DNA of 64,000 nt from Sminthopsis crassicaudata. Lineage: Eukaryota. The stretch spans positions 393,766,067 through 393,830,066 of the forward strand of contig NC_133617.1 in NCBI RefSeq assembly GCF_048593235.1, in the 5' to 3' direction. The translations under genes and the position numbers were made by a program. Shown here piece after piece: positions 1 through 12,316 of the stretch. The first letter of the stretch is position 1, and the number at the start of each line of letters is the position of its first letter. Under the pieces are notes generated by a model. It was given only the letters and a program-made list of their open reading frames with translations. It was not told the DNA's origin and searched no databases.

Positions 1-310
1 GAGGAAAAAAAAATTAATAAATTCTTGTTGTTTAGTTATTTTCAATTGTGTCAGATTTTCCTGGCAAAAATACTGAACTGGTTTGCCATTTCCTCCTCCA
101 AGCTCACTTTGCAGATGAAGAAATTGAGGCAAAAAGGGTTAAGTGACTAGCTTAGACTTATGGCTAGAAAGTGTCTGAGACTGGATTTGAACTGAGCTCT
201 TCCTAACTTCAGGGTCAGCACTCTACCCATTGGGCCACTGAGTTATCCATGTTTACATGTTTATATATTAGGAATCAACAAACATATTGGAACGGCTTGT
301 CTTGTTTTAT

Positions 311-341
<31 letters not shown>

Positions 342-693
342 ATTTTTTTTTTTTTTAAATAAAGCGTCCTAATGTATTTTAAAATGCAAAGACCATTCTT
401 AGCTTGTGGGCTGTGTAATAGATGGCTGCTCTATCTGGTTTGCCAGCTCTTCTTCTATACAAAAGTAGCATGGGCTGTCTCAGAGACTCTACAGCTCCTG
501 GAGAGGTCTGCACAGCTACTTTTCAGGGATGTTCTGCTTCACGAGAAGAGTCAGTCTAAGTGACTTCTGAGCTCTCTCTATGACTTGTTATGGTTTCGAG
601 TTAGTTCTAAGACGTGCTTAGTTTTTGGTGAGCCGCTCTACGACTTGAAGGCTCTAACCCTTCTCTAGCAGCAGGCCGACCCGGCCAACTTAC

Positions 694-948
694 TGAGCGC
701 ATAGTCCTCTGAGAATAAAAGCTCGGAGTCCTTTTCTTCCCTTTTGTCCTTGGGGTCAGCAGCCAGGCGCCGTTTCTTGGAGCCGCTGTCTCCTGCCTCC
801 TTATGGTTTTTTCTGGGGGAGATGTCATTCTGTTGATGCTGGACGCTGATGACAGAGGGAATGGCGTCCGCAGACGTGATGGCTTCTTCGAACGTCAGCC
901 TGTTCTTCTGGGGGTGTGAGGCTCTGGAGGGCGGGAGAGAGCGGCCTT
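694..948 (-). CDS. CHTF18: CHTF18 coding exon 2; remainder of the gene lies left of the window
   Basis: Acceptor ttttttcctccag|AAGG and donor A|GTAAGT. 255 nt, phase 1 to 1, open: EGRSLPPSRASHPQKNRLTFEEAITSAD...KKRRLAAD...YAL. RLTFEEAI and KKRR match human PRTFEEAL and RKRQ. Confidence 0.85.
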
Positions 949-1947
949 CTGGAGGAAAAAAGCACCGCTGTCATAGCTAGAAGTAAAGGCTCAGGGAGAG
1001 GGTCACAAAACTACCAGCAGTGGTCATACACGGCTCTGGAGTAAAGGACTTGGATTCAGATCCTGTCTCTGCCTCCCTCCCTTGTGACGGCTTAAATGGC
1101 TCCCGTTTCCCCCATCTGTGGAGACAGTTAAGTTAGAATACTGGGCCTGGAGTGGAGAAGACTGAATTCAAATTTCTCCTTAAATACTTAAATCCTGTGT
1201 GACCTGGGCAGTTATTTTGTGCCTCAGTTTTTCTCCATTACAAAATGGGATCATCACAACACTCACCTCACAGAGGTGTAAGGATCGAATAGTCAGCAGA
1301 CAAGAAACATTTATTAAATGCCCACTCCAGTGCGGGGTGAGCCAGCTGGGGTGGCTCAGTGGGTGGAGCTCTGCGCCGGAAGTCAGGAAGACCCGGGGTC
1401 AGAAACTGGTGAGCAGTGAGAACTTGGACCAGTCACTCACGTCCTGTTTACCTCAATGCGCTGGAAAAGGGAATGGCAATCCATGCCAGGATCCTTGCCA
1501 AGAAAGCTCCGGACACGGTCCTCGGGCCGGGAGCACAGACTGCTGGGCCCGAGGTCCCACACGAAATAGTGACGCTTACAGCCGCCTTGTGAAGTGGGTG
1601 CTGTTATTATCCCCATTTTACAGAGGAGGAAACTGAGGTTCAGATAATTTGCCCACTAATATAGGAGGCAGGATTCGAAGTCTTCTTGACTCTGTGGCCA
1701 CACTGCCCTGGCAATAATAAAACGAGCTGATGACAGTCATTTTTACCCCTGAGTAAAGTGGCTCCCAGCAATTTTGTATAGACAGTGCTAATATTATCCC
1801 CATTTTGCAGATGGAAACTGAGGCAGCTTAGATTACCTGCCCAGGGACGCACCGGGAGGATTCCGAGTGCCCCAAGGCAAAGGATGCTCCCAGCTCACAG
1901 GGGCCGGGGCCGGGGTGCGGCCCCGGGCGGCCCTCGGTCTCACCCAC

Positions 1948-2038
1948 CTTCCAGCTCCGCTAACACTTCCAACTCGGACGCAAACTGGTCTTCGAACTCA
2001 TCTTGGACGCCGTAGAGTTCCTGCTCGTAGTCCTCCAT
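1948..2038 (-). CDS. CHTF18: CHTF18 (chromosome transmission fidelity factor 18) coding exon 1
   Basis: ATG at 2038 gives MEDYEQELYGVQDEFEDQFASELEVLAELE, closely matching the recalled human CTF18 N-terminus (MEDYEQELCGVEDDFHNQFAAELEVLAELEG). 91 nt, phase 1, donor G|GTGGGT. Head-to-head with RPUSD1 as in human. Confidence 0.95.
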
Positions 2039-2339
2039 CGCGGCTCCAGCAGACTCAGCCTTGGAAACCGCGGGGGCCGCGGCAGCCCAAGGGCGCGGGG
2101 TCCCAGCCTGAACACCGGAGACCGCCCGGAGGCCAAGCTGCCGGTCCGAAAAAACCCGCGCTTCCCCAGTGCGACGCAGTGCGCGCGCACCGCGGCCCTC
2201 GGCGAATTCCGGGAACGTTCCACCGGGCGGCAGCCAACCGGCGTTCCGCGTTCGGCTGGGGGCGTTGCAGGCTCTCCCATTGGCCGGCATGGCTCTCTGT
2301 CTAACCGTGGGGGCGGGGTGGGAAAGCCAATGCCACCAC

Positions 2340-2423
2340 TGAAGGGTACGGAGGTGCAAGCTACGGCGGCCCCGGGAAGCGTGGCGGCGCGGGCTCTCTC
2401 CGCTGCGGAAAGGCTACTCGGGG
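2340..2423 (+). other. RPUSD1: Probable non-coding exon 1 of RPUSD1
   Basis: Consensus donor GGG|GTGAGT at 2424, just downstream of the CCAAT/GC boxes. The first coding exon has an acceptor at 10817/10818, 14 nt before the ATG, so an upstream UTR exon is required. The 5' end is a guess. Confidence 0.55.
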
Positions 2424-3708
2424 GTGAGTCTGAAGCAACGCTCCTAGAGAGGGGAAGGGCCCGGACTGGGGGCTGGGGGAAGCGGGAAGGGCTCTCCTCA
2501 GGCAGCGGGGGGATACTTGCTCCCGGGGAAGCTGCCCCTTCCGGTGCGCCTTCGGGACACTGCGTGCAGCCCGGGAGGCGCGGACCCGGCTGTGCGGGAG
2601 GAGGCGGCCCGCCGCACAGTCCGGGCTCTGGCCCCCGGTGTCCCTCAGCCCCGATGGGCGGGGCTTGGCTGCATTTCTAATGCACTTGGTTGGAGAACGG
2701 GACCAGGATCCGGGCCGTGGGCCGCGCTGCTGGCGGGACTCTCCGGCGGGAGCCCTCTGCCTTTCCCAGGCTGCCCCGCCGGGGCGTGCGGGGCGCCACC
2801 CTCGGGGCGCGGGCGGAGTGCGTGCGGCCCGGGAGCGCTGCTTTCTCACCACTTTGCTAAGTAGGGACCTCCATTTTACTTCCAGACACCCTAACCGAGC
2901 TCACTTCTGAGTCCCGGGGTCTGTCCTGACAAACCGAACCCCAAACCGCCAGCCGCGGGGAGCGGTGTGCGGAGTCCTCCGTCACGCGTCGCCGTCCCCG
3001 GTGCGGGGGGCTGCCCCTCCCACACCCACGGGGTCCGTCACTCTCCGGGCTTGGGAAGTCCTGACATCTGTCTCTGGCTCCCGCGTCGGGTCCGAGCGCT
3101 CCGTCCTTTCTTTGGCTTGTATTTGCTCTCCGCTGTGCGCTTCCTCCCCCGCCTCCCAAAGGAGGCGGTGACCGAGTGCAAACATACAGACACACACAGA
3201 TATCGGTAATCACACACATGTTAACGTGCACCTGGGCTCTCGGCTGCTCATCCTCCGCTCTTCCGAATGCGGACAGTGCTTTCCTTCGGCAGTGTTCTAA
3301 CTCCGCCGTCTCCTCGTTTCCTCCCCACAGCGATGTCCCAGCCGTATACTGGTCACTGTGGTCTGAAACAGTATTGATTACTGCCGCCGACAGACAGCGT
3401 AGTTCCCTACTTTTCTCTTTTGATTAAATCTATGTTAGTGTGACTTTGTCAGAAATCGTGATCCTTCTCCCTGCTTCTTTACACAAACTCTTTGTCCGAT
3501 TTGTGCTTTGTTTGCGTGTATCCCTCCTGCCGCCTCCGCTTTACTTCTGCCCGCTGCTTTTTCCTCCTACCCCCAGAATCTTCTCTTCTCCCCTTTCCTT
3601 TCCCCTTGCCTTCTTGTTTCTATCTGGATTTACAAAACTTTTATTAAGCCTTACAAATATATATATTGTTTCATCTGTGTCCCATTCCCCTTGATCTACA
3701 TACTTGTT

Positions 3709-3877
3709 CCTATTCCCATTAGTTTATACCCTTCTGTATACCTTTATCCTATTCCCATTAATTTACACCCTTCTGTATACCTTTATCCTATTCCCATTAA
3801 TTTACACCCTTCTGTATACCTTTATCCTATTCCCATTAATTTACATCCTTCTGTATACCTTTATCCTATTCCCTTAC
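3709..3877. repeat. 39-bp minisatellite, ~4.3 copies
   Basis: Unit cctattcccattaatttacacccttctgtatacctttat starts at 3709, 3748, 3787 and 3826, with a partial fifth copy. Confidence 0.95.
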
Positions 3878-4051
3878 CCTCTTGTTTATTTCTAAATTTA
3901 GAAGACTTTTACTCCCTTCTGAAAGTATATGTTGTTCTCTCTGTAAGCCAGATCTGATGTGAGTAAAGGTTATCTCTAAAAATCCCTCCCTTATCATCTC
4001 CCCTCTCCCTATTCCCTTACCATTTCTTTCTGAACTTAGAAGACTTTATAC

Positions 4052-4103
<52 letters not shown>

Positions 4104-4227
4104 CCTTTTTAATCCATTCCCATGGAGAGTGGGTTCAAAACTATCAGCCCTCTTTTTCCATATGGTTCCTGTCATCTTTTGCATCTCATTTGTAAAAGAA
4201 AATTACTCTTTTTACCTTTTCCTACAG

Positions 4228-4388
4228 GTTTTTTTTTTTTGTTTTTTTTTTTGCTGAGGCAATTGGAGTTAAGTGACTTGCCCAGGGTCACACAGCTAGG
4301 GAGTGTTAAGTGTCTGAGGTCACATTTGAATTCAGGTCCTCCTGACTTCAGGGCAGGTGAGCTAGCCACTGCGCCACCTAGCTGTCCA
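4228..4388 (-). mobile_element. WSINE1/Mar1-type marsupial CORE SINE
   Basis: Poly-T followed by gctgaggcaattgg…aagtgacttgcccagggtcacacagctag…tttgaattcaggtcctcctgact…ccactgcgccacctagctg. Confidence 0.85.
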
Positions 4389-4743
4389 ACATGGTTTTGC
4401 TTTTTAAAATCACATCATATTCGGTTCTATCCTCATCTTTCTTTTTTAAACTACCCAATTACTAATGATAATCTTAGACATATGGTTTACAGTTTTACAT
4501 ATAAAAAATAAACAAAATGTCAAGCCTCTTGTAGTTAGTCTTTGACTTTCACCTTATATTTTTTGGATCTTATATTCAGATTTTCTATTAAGTTCAAGTC
4601 TTTTTGCAACAAAATCCTGAAAGTCTAGCAATTTATTGAACATTCTTTTGTTGTTGTTGTTGTTGTTTGTGATCATGGTTAACATTGCTGGGTTTAATAA
4701 CTTTGGTTCCAATCCCAGGTCTTTTACTCTGAAATGTGTTCCC

Positions 4744-5585
4744 ACTAATACATTGTTGGTGGAATTGTGAATAGATCCCCACCATTCTGGAGGGTGATTT
4801 GGAACTATGCTCAAAGAGTTATCCAACTGAGTATACCCTTTGATCTAGAAGTGCCTTTGCTGAGTCTGTATCCCAAAGAGATCTTAAAGGAGGGGAAGGG
4901 ACCTGTATGTGCCAGAATGTCTGAGGCAGCTCTTTTCATAGTGGCTAGAAACTGGAAGATGAATGGATGCCCATCGGTTGGAGAATGGTTGGGTAAATTA
5001 TGGTATAGGAAGGTTATGGAATATTATTGTTCTGTAAGAAATGACCAGCAGGAGGAATGCAGAGAGGCCTGGAGAGACTTAAATCAACTGATGCTGAGTG
5101 AAATGAGCAGAACAGGAGATCATTATACACTTCAACAGCAATACTATATGATGATCAATTCTGATGGACGTGGCCATTTTCAACAATGAGATGATTGAGG
5201 CCAGTTCCATTACACTCGTGATGGAGAGAGTCATTTGCACCCACAAAGAGGCCTGTGGGGACTGGGGGTGGATCACAACATGTTATTTCACTTTTTTTGT
5301 TGTGGTTTGTTTGAATTTTATTTTCTCTCTCTATCTCTCTTTTAATTTTTTGATCTGATTTTTCTTGTGAACTAAGATAATTATGTGAATATATATGTCT
5401 ATTTTGGATTTAACATATTTTTACCATGTTTAACATATTATATGGCATTTAGGAGAGGGGGCAGGAAAAGGGGAGGAAAAATTAGAACACAAAGTTTTTC
5501 AAGGATCAACGTTGAAAAAAGCAGTCTTTCATGTTTTGAAAATAAAAACTTCAATAAAAAAGAAAGAAAGAAAAATAATAAATTG
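4744..5585 (+). mobile_element. 5'-truncated LINE-1 (ORF2 C-terminus, 3' UTR, A-rich tail) nested in the older L1
   Basis: ORF 4767-5189 (WRVIWNYAQR…PFD…LYPKEI…AALFIVARNWK…CPSVGEWLGKLWY) is the L1 ORF2 end. Flanked by the imperfect TSD TGAAATG(TA)GTGTTCC. Confidence 0.9.
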
Positions 5586-7974
5586 AAATGTAGTGTTCCA
5601 AGAACTGTGGTCTTTTAATGTAAATACTACTAGGTCTTATGTAATTTCAATTGCGGCTTCCCCTGTATGTGAATAGTTTTTTTCTTGTTGCTTGTAATAT
5701 TTTCTCCTGGAACTGGGGTTTTTGAAATTTGGCTATTATAGTCCTCTAGGTTTTCTTTAATTTTTTTTTCAATGATTGATGAATTTTTTCTATTTTTACT
5801 TTCCCCTCCTGTTTTAACATATAAGATAATTTTCTTGTATTATTTTTGTCAAGATTACTTTTTGATCATCGCTTTCAAGTAGTCCAGTACTTTTCAAGTA
5901 ACTCTGATTTCTCTTCTTGATCTGTTCCCCAGATTAGTTGTTTTTCCTTATGAGATATTTCATAGTCTCTCTTTTTTTCATTCTTTGTATTTTGTTATTT
6001 ATTATTTCTTAATGTCTTAGAAGTAGTTTCTTAGTAGCTTCCCTTTGCCCAAATCTAATTTTCAAGGGGCCATTTTCTTCCTAAAGATCTCCTTTTCCTA
6101 TTAGTTGACTTTCTTTTCATAATGTTTTTGTCATCTTAGGAAGGACAGCAGTATACATGGACTCTTCTCCCAGAGGGATTTACTAATACCTCCTCACATT
6201 TCTCCCAAGTTTTGCATAACCATCCCACCTCATTTTTCCTTGTCTTTCCACTCAGTTCTTCCCCAATATAGAGATCTGTTGCTTTTCTTCTCTGACTTAG
6301 GAACAGGAGAATATGATACCATTGCCTTCAGTTTTGCTGTTCCTCTGCTTAGTTCTTTGGGTACTTCCTCTGGCACTGCCTCCCATGATCCTGCTTGGAT
6401 TATAGCGACCCAGAACTTCTTCTCCTCTGCTTCAAAAAGACAATTTTGGACCTTCCTAACTCCGTTGGATATTGCCAATCCTAAAGACTCAAGTGTTCTG
6501 TCCCCTGGCTGCCAGAGCTGTGATCCCCTTTCTCACTCTATGAAGCTTCAGCCTGTTAAGGTCTCCCTTTTGGAAGCACTGGCTCTCACTCTCCCCAGTT
6601 ATTCCCTCCCCTGTGCCTTTTGCTCTGGAACAAGGAAGGGATGCTGCAGGCAGCACAGAAGCACAGGGAACGTACAGACCGGTTGGGTATTGTAGCAAAC
6701 AAGTAGAAGCCATGGCCAGAGGCTCTACCTCAGCAACATTATTGCACTGGCCAAAGCCCTTAAGCAGAGGTGCTTTTTGCACCCCATGAAGTTAAATCCC
6801 TCTGAAACTCACGCCCCATGCAACACCTGTCAAGCCAGTACCTAGCAAAAATCGCACCCAACTGCTCTGGAGACTTAAAGCACTGACTCCTGCTGAGCTT
6901 GTAGAAACTACTTCTTGCCGTGGGGGGCTGATTTGGCTCTGTTCTAGCTGTGCTTGCACCTCTGGGATCACCTGTGAATGCTAAAGTGGCCCTTCAGGAA
7001 ACCCCTGTTTTGGGGACTGATCTCATCTCTTCACAGATGGCTCCTGGCTGTGGAATTCTGGGGACATGTGATTACAGGTAGTGTGAGGGCCTGAGAACTG
7101 GGGTAAAGATGCACATTGAGAATTTGTCCTGGTCATCGTCTGTATGTTTTCCAGTTGGGTGGAGATCTTCCTATGGGGTAGAAAGCCCTATGTGAGTCCA
7201 GCATCCCCTCCTGGGGAACATCCCCATAATGATAAGAAAATCCATTTCACTGGTCAGGAATAAGGAGATATTATCAGCATCCAGGTTGTGTTATCACCTC
7301 TATAATAAGCTCAGGGTTATTTGCCCCATCCCTGACTGATGTAAGCTCCATGAAGACATAACTTTCTATCCCTGCGTCTCCTGGCACAATGCTGAGCTCT
7401 TTCCCCAGTTAAGTGCCTCCTTCTACCAACTTGGATTGGGTTGCTTATGGACCTGGCCTGCTTCCTGAAAATCACAAGAGATTTTGGCCTGGAGCCCTGA
7501 CTCCTCCCAGTTTCCATTAGGGTCATCATTTCCCTCAGCCTCAATTAAGGTCTTCATTTATTCCATTAAGTAAATTGCTGAAAGCCATTTGTCTTTTTCT
7601 CCAAGCAGTCCACAAACCTAGCTAATGTTCTTGCTAAGTGTTATCTTGGTTTCTGGGAAGCGATTAAAGGAAATTAGGAGATGGGGAGAAGTAGATAACT
7701 GTATTAAACTTGTGTCCTTAATGATTCATGGTGACAACTTATGGAGAATAGGGGCCTGAATCCTGCTTCTGCCATGTATCAGCTGTGTAACCATGTGGAT
7801 CTTGTCCAGCTCCAAATCTGATCTTCTTGGCAATTCCAACAAGCACCAATCACAACCACCTCCTGAGGGAGAACTGTGGAGACTGAATGTAGTTCAAAGT
7901 TCATAGTATTTGCACTTTTTTTGTTATTGTTCATTTTCTTGGGTTTTTTTTCTTCTCATTTTTCCCCTTTTTGA

Positions 7975-8448
7975 TATTATTGAAGCTCAAAAAGAGACCC
8001 CAAAAGGTTGGGCTCGAAGACTGGTGTTGCAAGGTGTCTCAAAAGAATTTTCAGGCTTGAACCCAGCTCCGAGTCAAGGGGTAAAGTTTATTGTAATTGT
8101 AACACCAATTGAAGCGGGATAAGTTCCAAAAGAATTTAGGAAAGAACCAGGAGCAAGAAGATAAATGTATAGGAAAAAGCCAAGATCCAGTTCTTCATGT
8201 CACTGATATGTTAATTTTATGGCTTAGAGGTAGAACTGAGGGGTGGTCTGGTAGGCACTTACCATTTGTCTCATGACCAACAGATATTATCTGACATTAA
8301 TCTATGTTTCCAGGACTATATTACAGTATTCCCGAAACCAGGAGACTTTAAGATCATTGACAAACAGATTGTTAGAACAATTGCACTCCTAAGGTCTGGG
8401 TGGCCTCAGGATTACTGCTGTCTTTCCCCTAGAAGATGCACCCCCATC
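7975..8448 (-). mobile_element. Probable solo LTR inserted in an L1 3' fragment (7870-8725)
   Basis: The L1 3'UTR sequence breaks at ~7975 and resumes at ~8449. The insert has a minus-strand AATAAA and shares ctggtgttgc…aaagaatt…cag..ctga with the LTR at 32574-33195. Confidence 0.5.
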
Positions 8449-10831
8449 AATCTGATTTTTCTTGCATAGCATGACAAATATGCTTAGAATTGCACATGTT
8501 TAACCTATATCCAGTTGCTTGCTGTCTTGGGGAAGGGGGGAGGGAGAGAGAGAGGGAGAAGAATTGCACATGTTTAACCTATATCCAGTTGCTTGCTGTC
8601 TTGGGGAGGGGGGGGAGAGAGGGAGAGAGGAAGGAAAATTTGGAACATAAGGTTTTGCAAAGATGAATGTTGAAAACTATCTTTGCATATATTTGGAAAA
8701 ACAAGGTACTATTAAAAAATAAAATAAATCTGATCTTGTCAAAGGGAAGTAAGAAAAGGGATGCCATCCACTCTTCATTTTACCAAGGGTAAGTGACTTG
8801 CCCAGAATAATCCAGAAATATAATGGCACAATTGGGGTAGTCAGATCTTCTGACTTACAGAAGTGGCTTTGGCAGGTTATCTCCCTGATACTTCCCCACC
8901 ATCTCCTCCCCAACCTTGTTGTCCCTCCCTATTTCTCTCTGCCCTTGGTACCCCTCAGCTCACTCTTCTACAATATTTAGCAAAATTTTCAGTATAATTC
9001 AATTATAATTAAATAAACAAACAACTTCACAGAAGCTTTTTGATTGATGGGGAAATCACTAGCTAGTGAGTGCACCATAAGACAATTGATTGTCACCCCT
9101 TTCTAGAAAGCAGTGGTACTACTGTTTTTTCCTGTTTGATCACTAATTATTAACTCTACCTTAAGTGACCTATTATCTAAGATAATAGCTTCCAGCTAAT
9201 ATGCTGGGTTTCTCCCCCAGAGAATTCTGATGCAAGCACTGTTTTTACTGTTTCCACAGTCAGAGATGCCTACCTGGAATGTCTTCCAACCTCCTTGTCC
9301 CTTCCAACAGCCTGAAGTGAGAGGATCCATGGAAAGAACATGATTTACTGAATGACCCATGGGACTTCAAGACCCCATCACTTGACCTGTGTTTCCATCT
9401 CTGCTGTCTACTCCCCAGGTAATTTGAGTAAGTTTGGTGACTTTTCTGAGCCTTAGTTTCTGTCTATAAATTGGCAAAGCTGCTCTATTTAACAAGATCC
9501 TTTATAGGAAATAAAAGGCACTTAATGTCATAAATGGGTCTGTGAAAGTTGCTTTTTTATTTTTTAATAGTATTTTAATTTTTTAGATACATGCAAAGGT
9601 AGTTTTCAAGATTCAATCTTGTATTTTAATTTTTTTAGATACATGCAAAGGTAGTTTTCAAGATTCAATCTTGTGTTGCAAATTTTTTTCCCTCTTTTCC
9701 CTTCCCCAAGAAAGCAAGCATTCCTATATAGGTTAAACACATAAAGGCTGCTCTTAATTCCTTGTACCCGGGTGTGGACAATTGCCAAGTCATTTCATTT
9801 TGGCTTTATAATGTGTTATAGAAATAACCATGTGATGCCCTTGAATTGTTTTCAGAAAGCTTAGATTTAAATTCTGTTTCTTTCTCTTATTCTCTTATCA
9901 TTTTACTTATTATATTCTCTTAAATAACCCTGGGCAAATTACTTATCCTGCTGATACCTGTTTTCCTTCTGTGCATAACAGAGAAGTCATACTTGCCTCT
10001 TAGAGCTGATGTATCTTCTAAACTATAAATCACTCTGGAAAAGTGGAGTTCCATTGTTGTAGTCACATCTAACTCTCTGACCTTGTTTGGAGTTTTCTTG
10101 GCAAAGATTACTGGGATGGTTTGATATTTCCTTTCTCTAGCTTATTTTGTAAATGGGGTTAAGTGATTTGCCCAGGATCACACAGCTAGTAAGTGTCCTA
10201 AGCTGGATTTGAACTCACAAAGATGAGTATGTATTTGAAAAATAAAAAGCTATTATTTAAAAAGAAGAAGAAAGATTGGGTTCTAAGATGATGGAGGGGT
10301 TTCCTACCAGTAAAATCACATATTAATTTTTTTGTAAGATTGACACATTTCTCAGAAAGTGAGCATGAGGCAAATTTATCTAACTCAAATTCTATTCTCA
10401 GTAGTCCTGAATGAATGGGCCATCTTAAGTCATCCTACTGAGAACCCTGTAAAGAATTCTTTTTTATTGTAAGAAATGGATGCTTTGTGTATTTCCTTTT
10501 GAAAGTTTAGAAATTTGTTCAAATCAAATTTAAAGTAGATTCTTTCTGGGTAGGTCCCTCCGTCTCCTGATAGCCTCCTGCAGATTTAGCTTTCTCTCAG
10601 TTATTCATTTCTGCAACTTAAGCACCCTCCAACAAGTTAGTTATCCTGGGACTTCTCCCACTGTCTCTGCTTCTGAGCATCGTAGGGTCAGGCATATAAT
10701 AGGTGCTTAGAAAATGCTTATTGATTAATAGAACCAGCTCAGGATTACTCCTTTTGGTAAAAGGAAGGTAATTAACAAGTTTGGGAGGAACAAGGTCTTT
10801 GTTTTATTGTTTGACAGGCTTCAAGCCCAGC

Positions 10832-11013
10832 ATGGAGCCAGGGTGCATAGAGAACCTCTCCATTCTGTACCAGAGTTCAGACTTCATTGTGGTCAACAAG
10901 CATTGGGACCTCCGCATTGACAGCAAGATGTGGTATGAGACCCTGACCCTGCAGAGTCAGCTGAAACACCGATTCCCAGAGCTGGCTGATCCTGATACCT
11001 ACTACGGCTTCAG
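10832..11013 (+). CDS. RPUSD1: RPUSD1 (RluA-family RNA pseudouridine synthase domain-containing 1) coding exon 1
   Basis: MEPGCIENLSILYQSSDFIVVNKHWDLRIDSK...DPDTYYGF matches the human RPUSD1 N-terminus. Acceptor ttgacag| at 10817, donor AG|GTGTGG, 182 nt, phase 2. Confidence 0.96.
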
Positions 11014-11409
11014 GTGTGGGGCCCAGGATTCCCTGAGCATCAGAAATGGAAGTGCTGATAAAAGCAGGGCCCTTGCATGGATAGGAAAGATATCTGGGAT
11101 TCTCTAGTCCTAATGTTATATGGCAAATATGTGGCCTGGTGACCCTGGGCAAGCCACTTCACTGCTTTTTCTAGGCCTGTTTCCTTCTATGAAGAAGTTC
11201 CTTTCAATTTAATATTTTTAGTTTATTATCCTAATAAAATTTATAGCAACTTACATTTTGATGCATCATTTTATGGTTTATACATCTCTTTTACACATGC
11301 CATCTCAGCTGAAATTCTCAACAAACAACCTTATGAAGGAAGTAGCTCAATATTTACAGGTGACTAAATCTTTCCATGCAGTGGAAGGCATTCTGGACTT
11401 TGGAGTCGG

Positions 11410-12050
11410 AGGATTTTATTTTATTTTTTATTTTTTATTCTTTTTAAAATATTTTTATAAAGTTTTACAGTATTTTCTTTTTCCAAATACATGGAAAGAT
11501 AGTTTTCAACATTTGCCTTTGCAAAACCTTCTGTTCTAAATTTTTCAACCTCTTTCTCCCTCCCCCTCCCCAAGATAGCAAGCAATCCAATATAGATTAA
11601 ACATGTGCATTTCTTCTAAACATATCTCCTTATTTGTCACATTGCACCAAAAAAAAATCAGATCAAGATGGGGGAAAAACACAAGAAAAAAAACCAAGCA
11701 AACAATAATAACAAAGATAAAAATACTGTATTTTGATCCACATTCAGTTTCCATAGTTCTCTCTCTGGATACAAATGGCATTTTTGCCATCTCACATCTA
11801 TTAGAATTGCCTTGAATTACCTCATTTCACTCAGCATCAGTTCATGTAAGTCTCTTCAGGCCTTTCTGAAATCATCCTTTATAGAACAGCAATATTCCAT
11901 AGCATTCATATACCACAACTTATTCAGCCATTCTCCAACTATTGGGCATCCACTCAGTTTCCAATGTCTTGCCACTACAAAAAGGGCTGCTGCAAACATT
12001 TTTGCACATACGGGTCCTTGTATCTCTTTTATGATCTCTTTGGGATTCAG
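11410..12050 (-). mobile_element. LINE-1 3' fragment (RPUSD1 intron)
   Basis: Reverse complement of the same L1 ORF2-end/3'UTR family as 4744-5585. Confidence 0.85.
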
Positions 12051-12243
12051 ACAAAGGATGTGATGTTCAATCCCTGCTCCACACTTAGTATCTCTATGAC
12101 CTTGGACTGGGGCTCAGTTTCCTCATCTTTAAAATAAAGATTTTGGTCTGAATGACCTCTGAGGTCTCTCTTAGTTCCAAACATGGTTCCAAAAATAAAT
12201 AAATGACTGAATGAATGGATAGATAAATAAATGAATGAATGAA

Positions 12244-12245
<2 letters not shown>

Positions 12246-12312
<67 letters not shown>
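12246..12312. repeat. (GA)n microsatellite; others include (AC)n ~311-337, (GT)n(AT)n ~4053-4102, (TTA)n ~46178-46222, (CT)n ~51790-51884 and (GATA)n ~55843-55888
   Basis: Directly visible simple repeats. Confidence 0.95.

Positions 12313-12316
<4 letters not shown>

Larger units (their letters stand above)
1850..3250. promoter_or_regulatory. CpG island / bidirectional promoter of CHTF18 and RPUSD1
   Basis: Very high GC and CpG density versus flanks. ATTGG (2279-2283) and CCAAT (2327-2331) in opposite orientations flank a GC box GGGGCGGGG (~2310-2318). TTCCGGGAA palindrome at 2207-2215. Boundaries approximate. Confidence 0.9.
3240..7250 (-). mobile_element. Old fragmented LINE-1 in RPUSD1 intron 1 (5' region, ORF1, start of ORF2 endonuclease)
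   Basis: 5620-5760 reads PRTIIAKFQ…QEKILQATRKK. 4550-4740 reads KDLGLEPK…DFQDFVAKRLELNRK (ORF1p C-terminus). 3400-3480 reads KEAG…ISDK…IDLIKREK (EN domain). Outer limits approximate. Confidence 0.75.

Noticed and set aside
1867-3231. Many long overlapping ORFs (e.g. 2003-2680, 225 aa; 2361-2852)
   Set aside because: Expected stop scarcity in a GC-rich CpG island. They are G/P/R/A-rich with no homology, apart from the CHTF18 exon embedded in 1940-2359.
3508-3957. 149-aa ORF with PIPINLHPSVYLY repeats
   Set aside because: A by-product of the 39-bp minisatellite inside an L1 relic in an intron.
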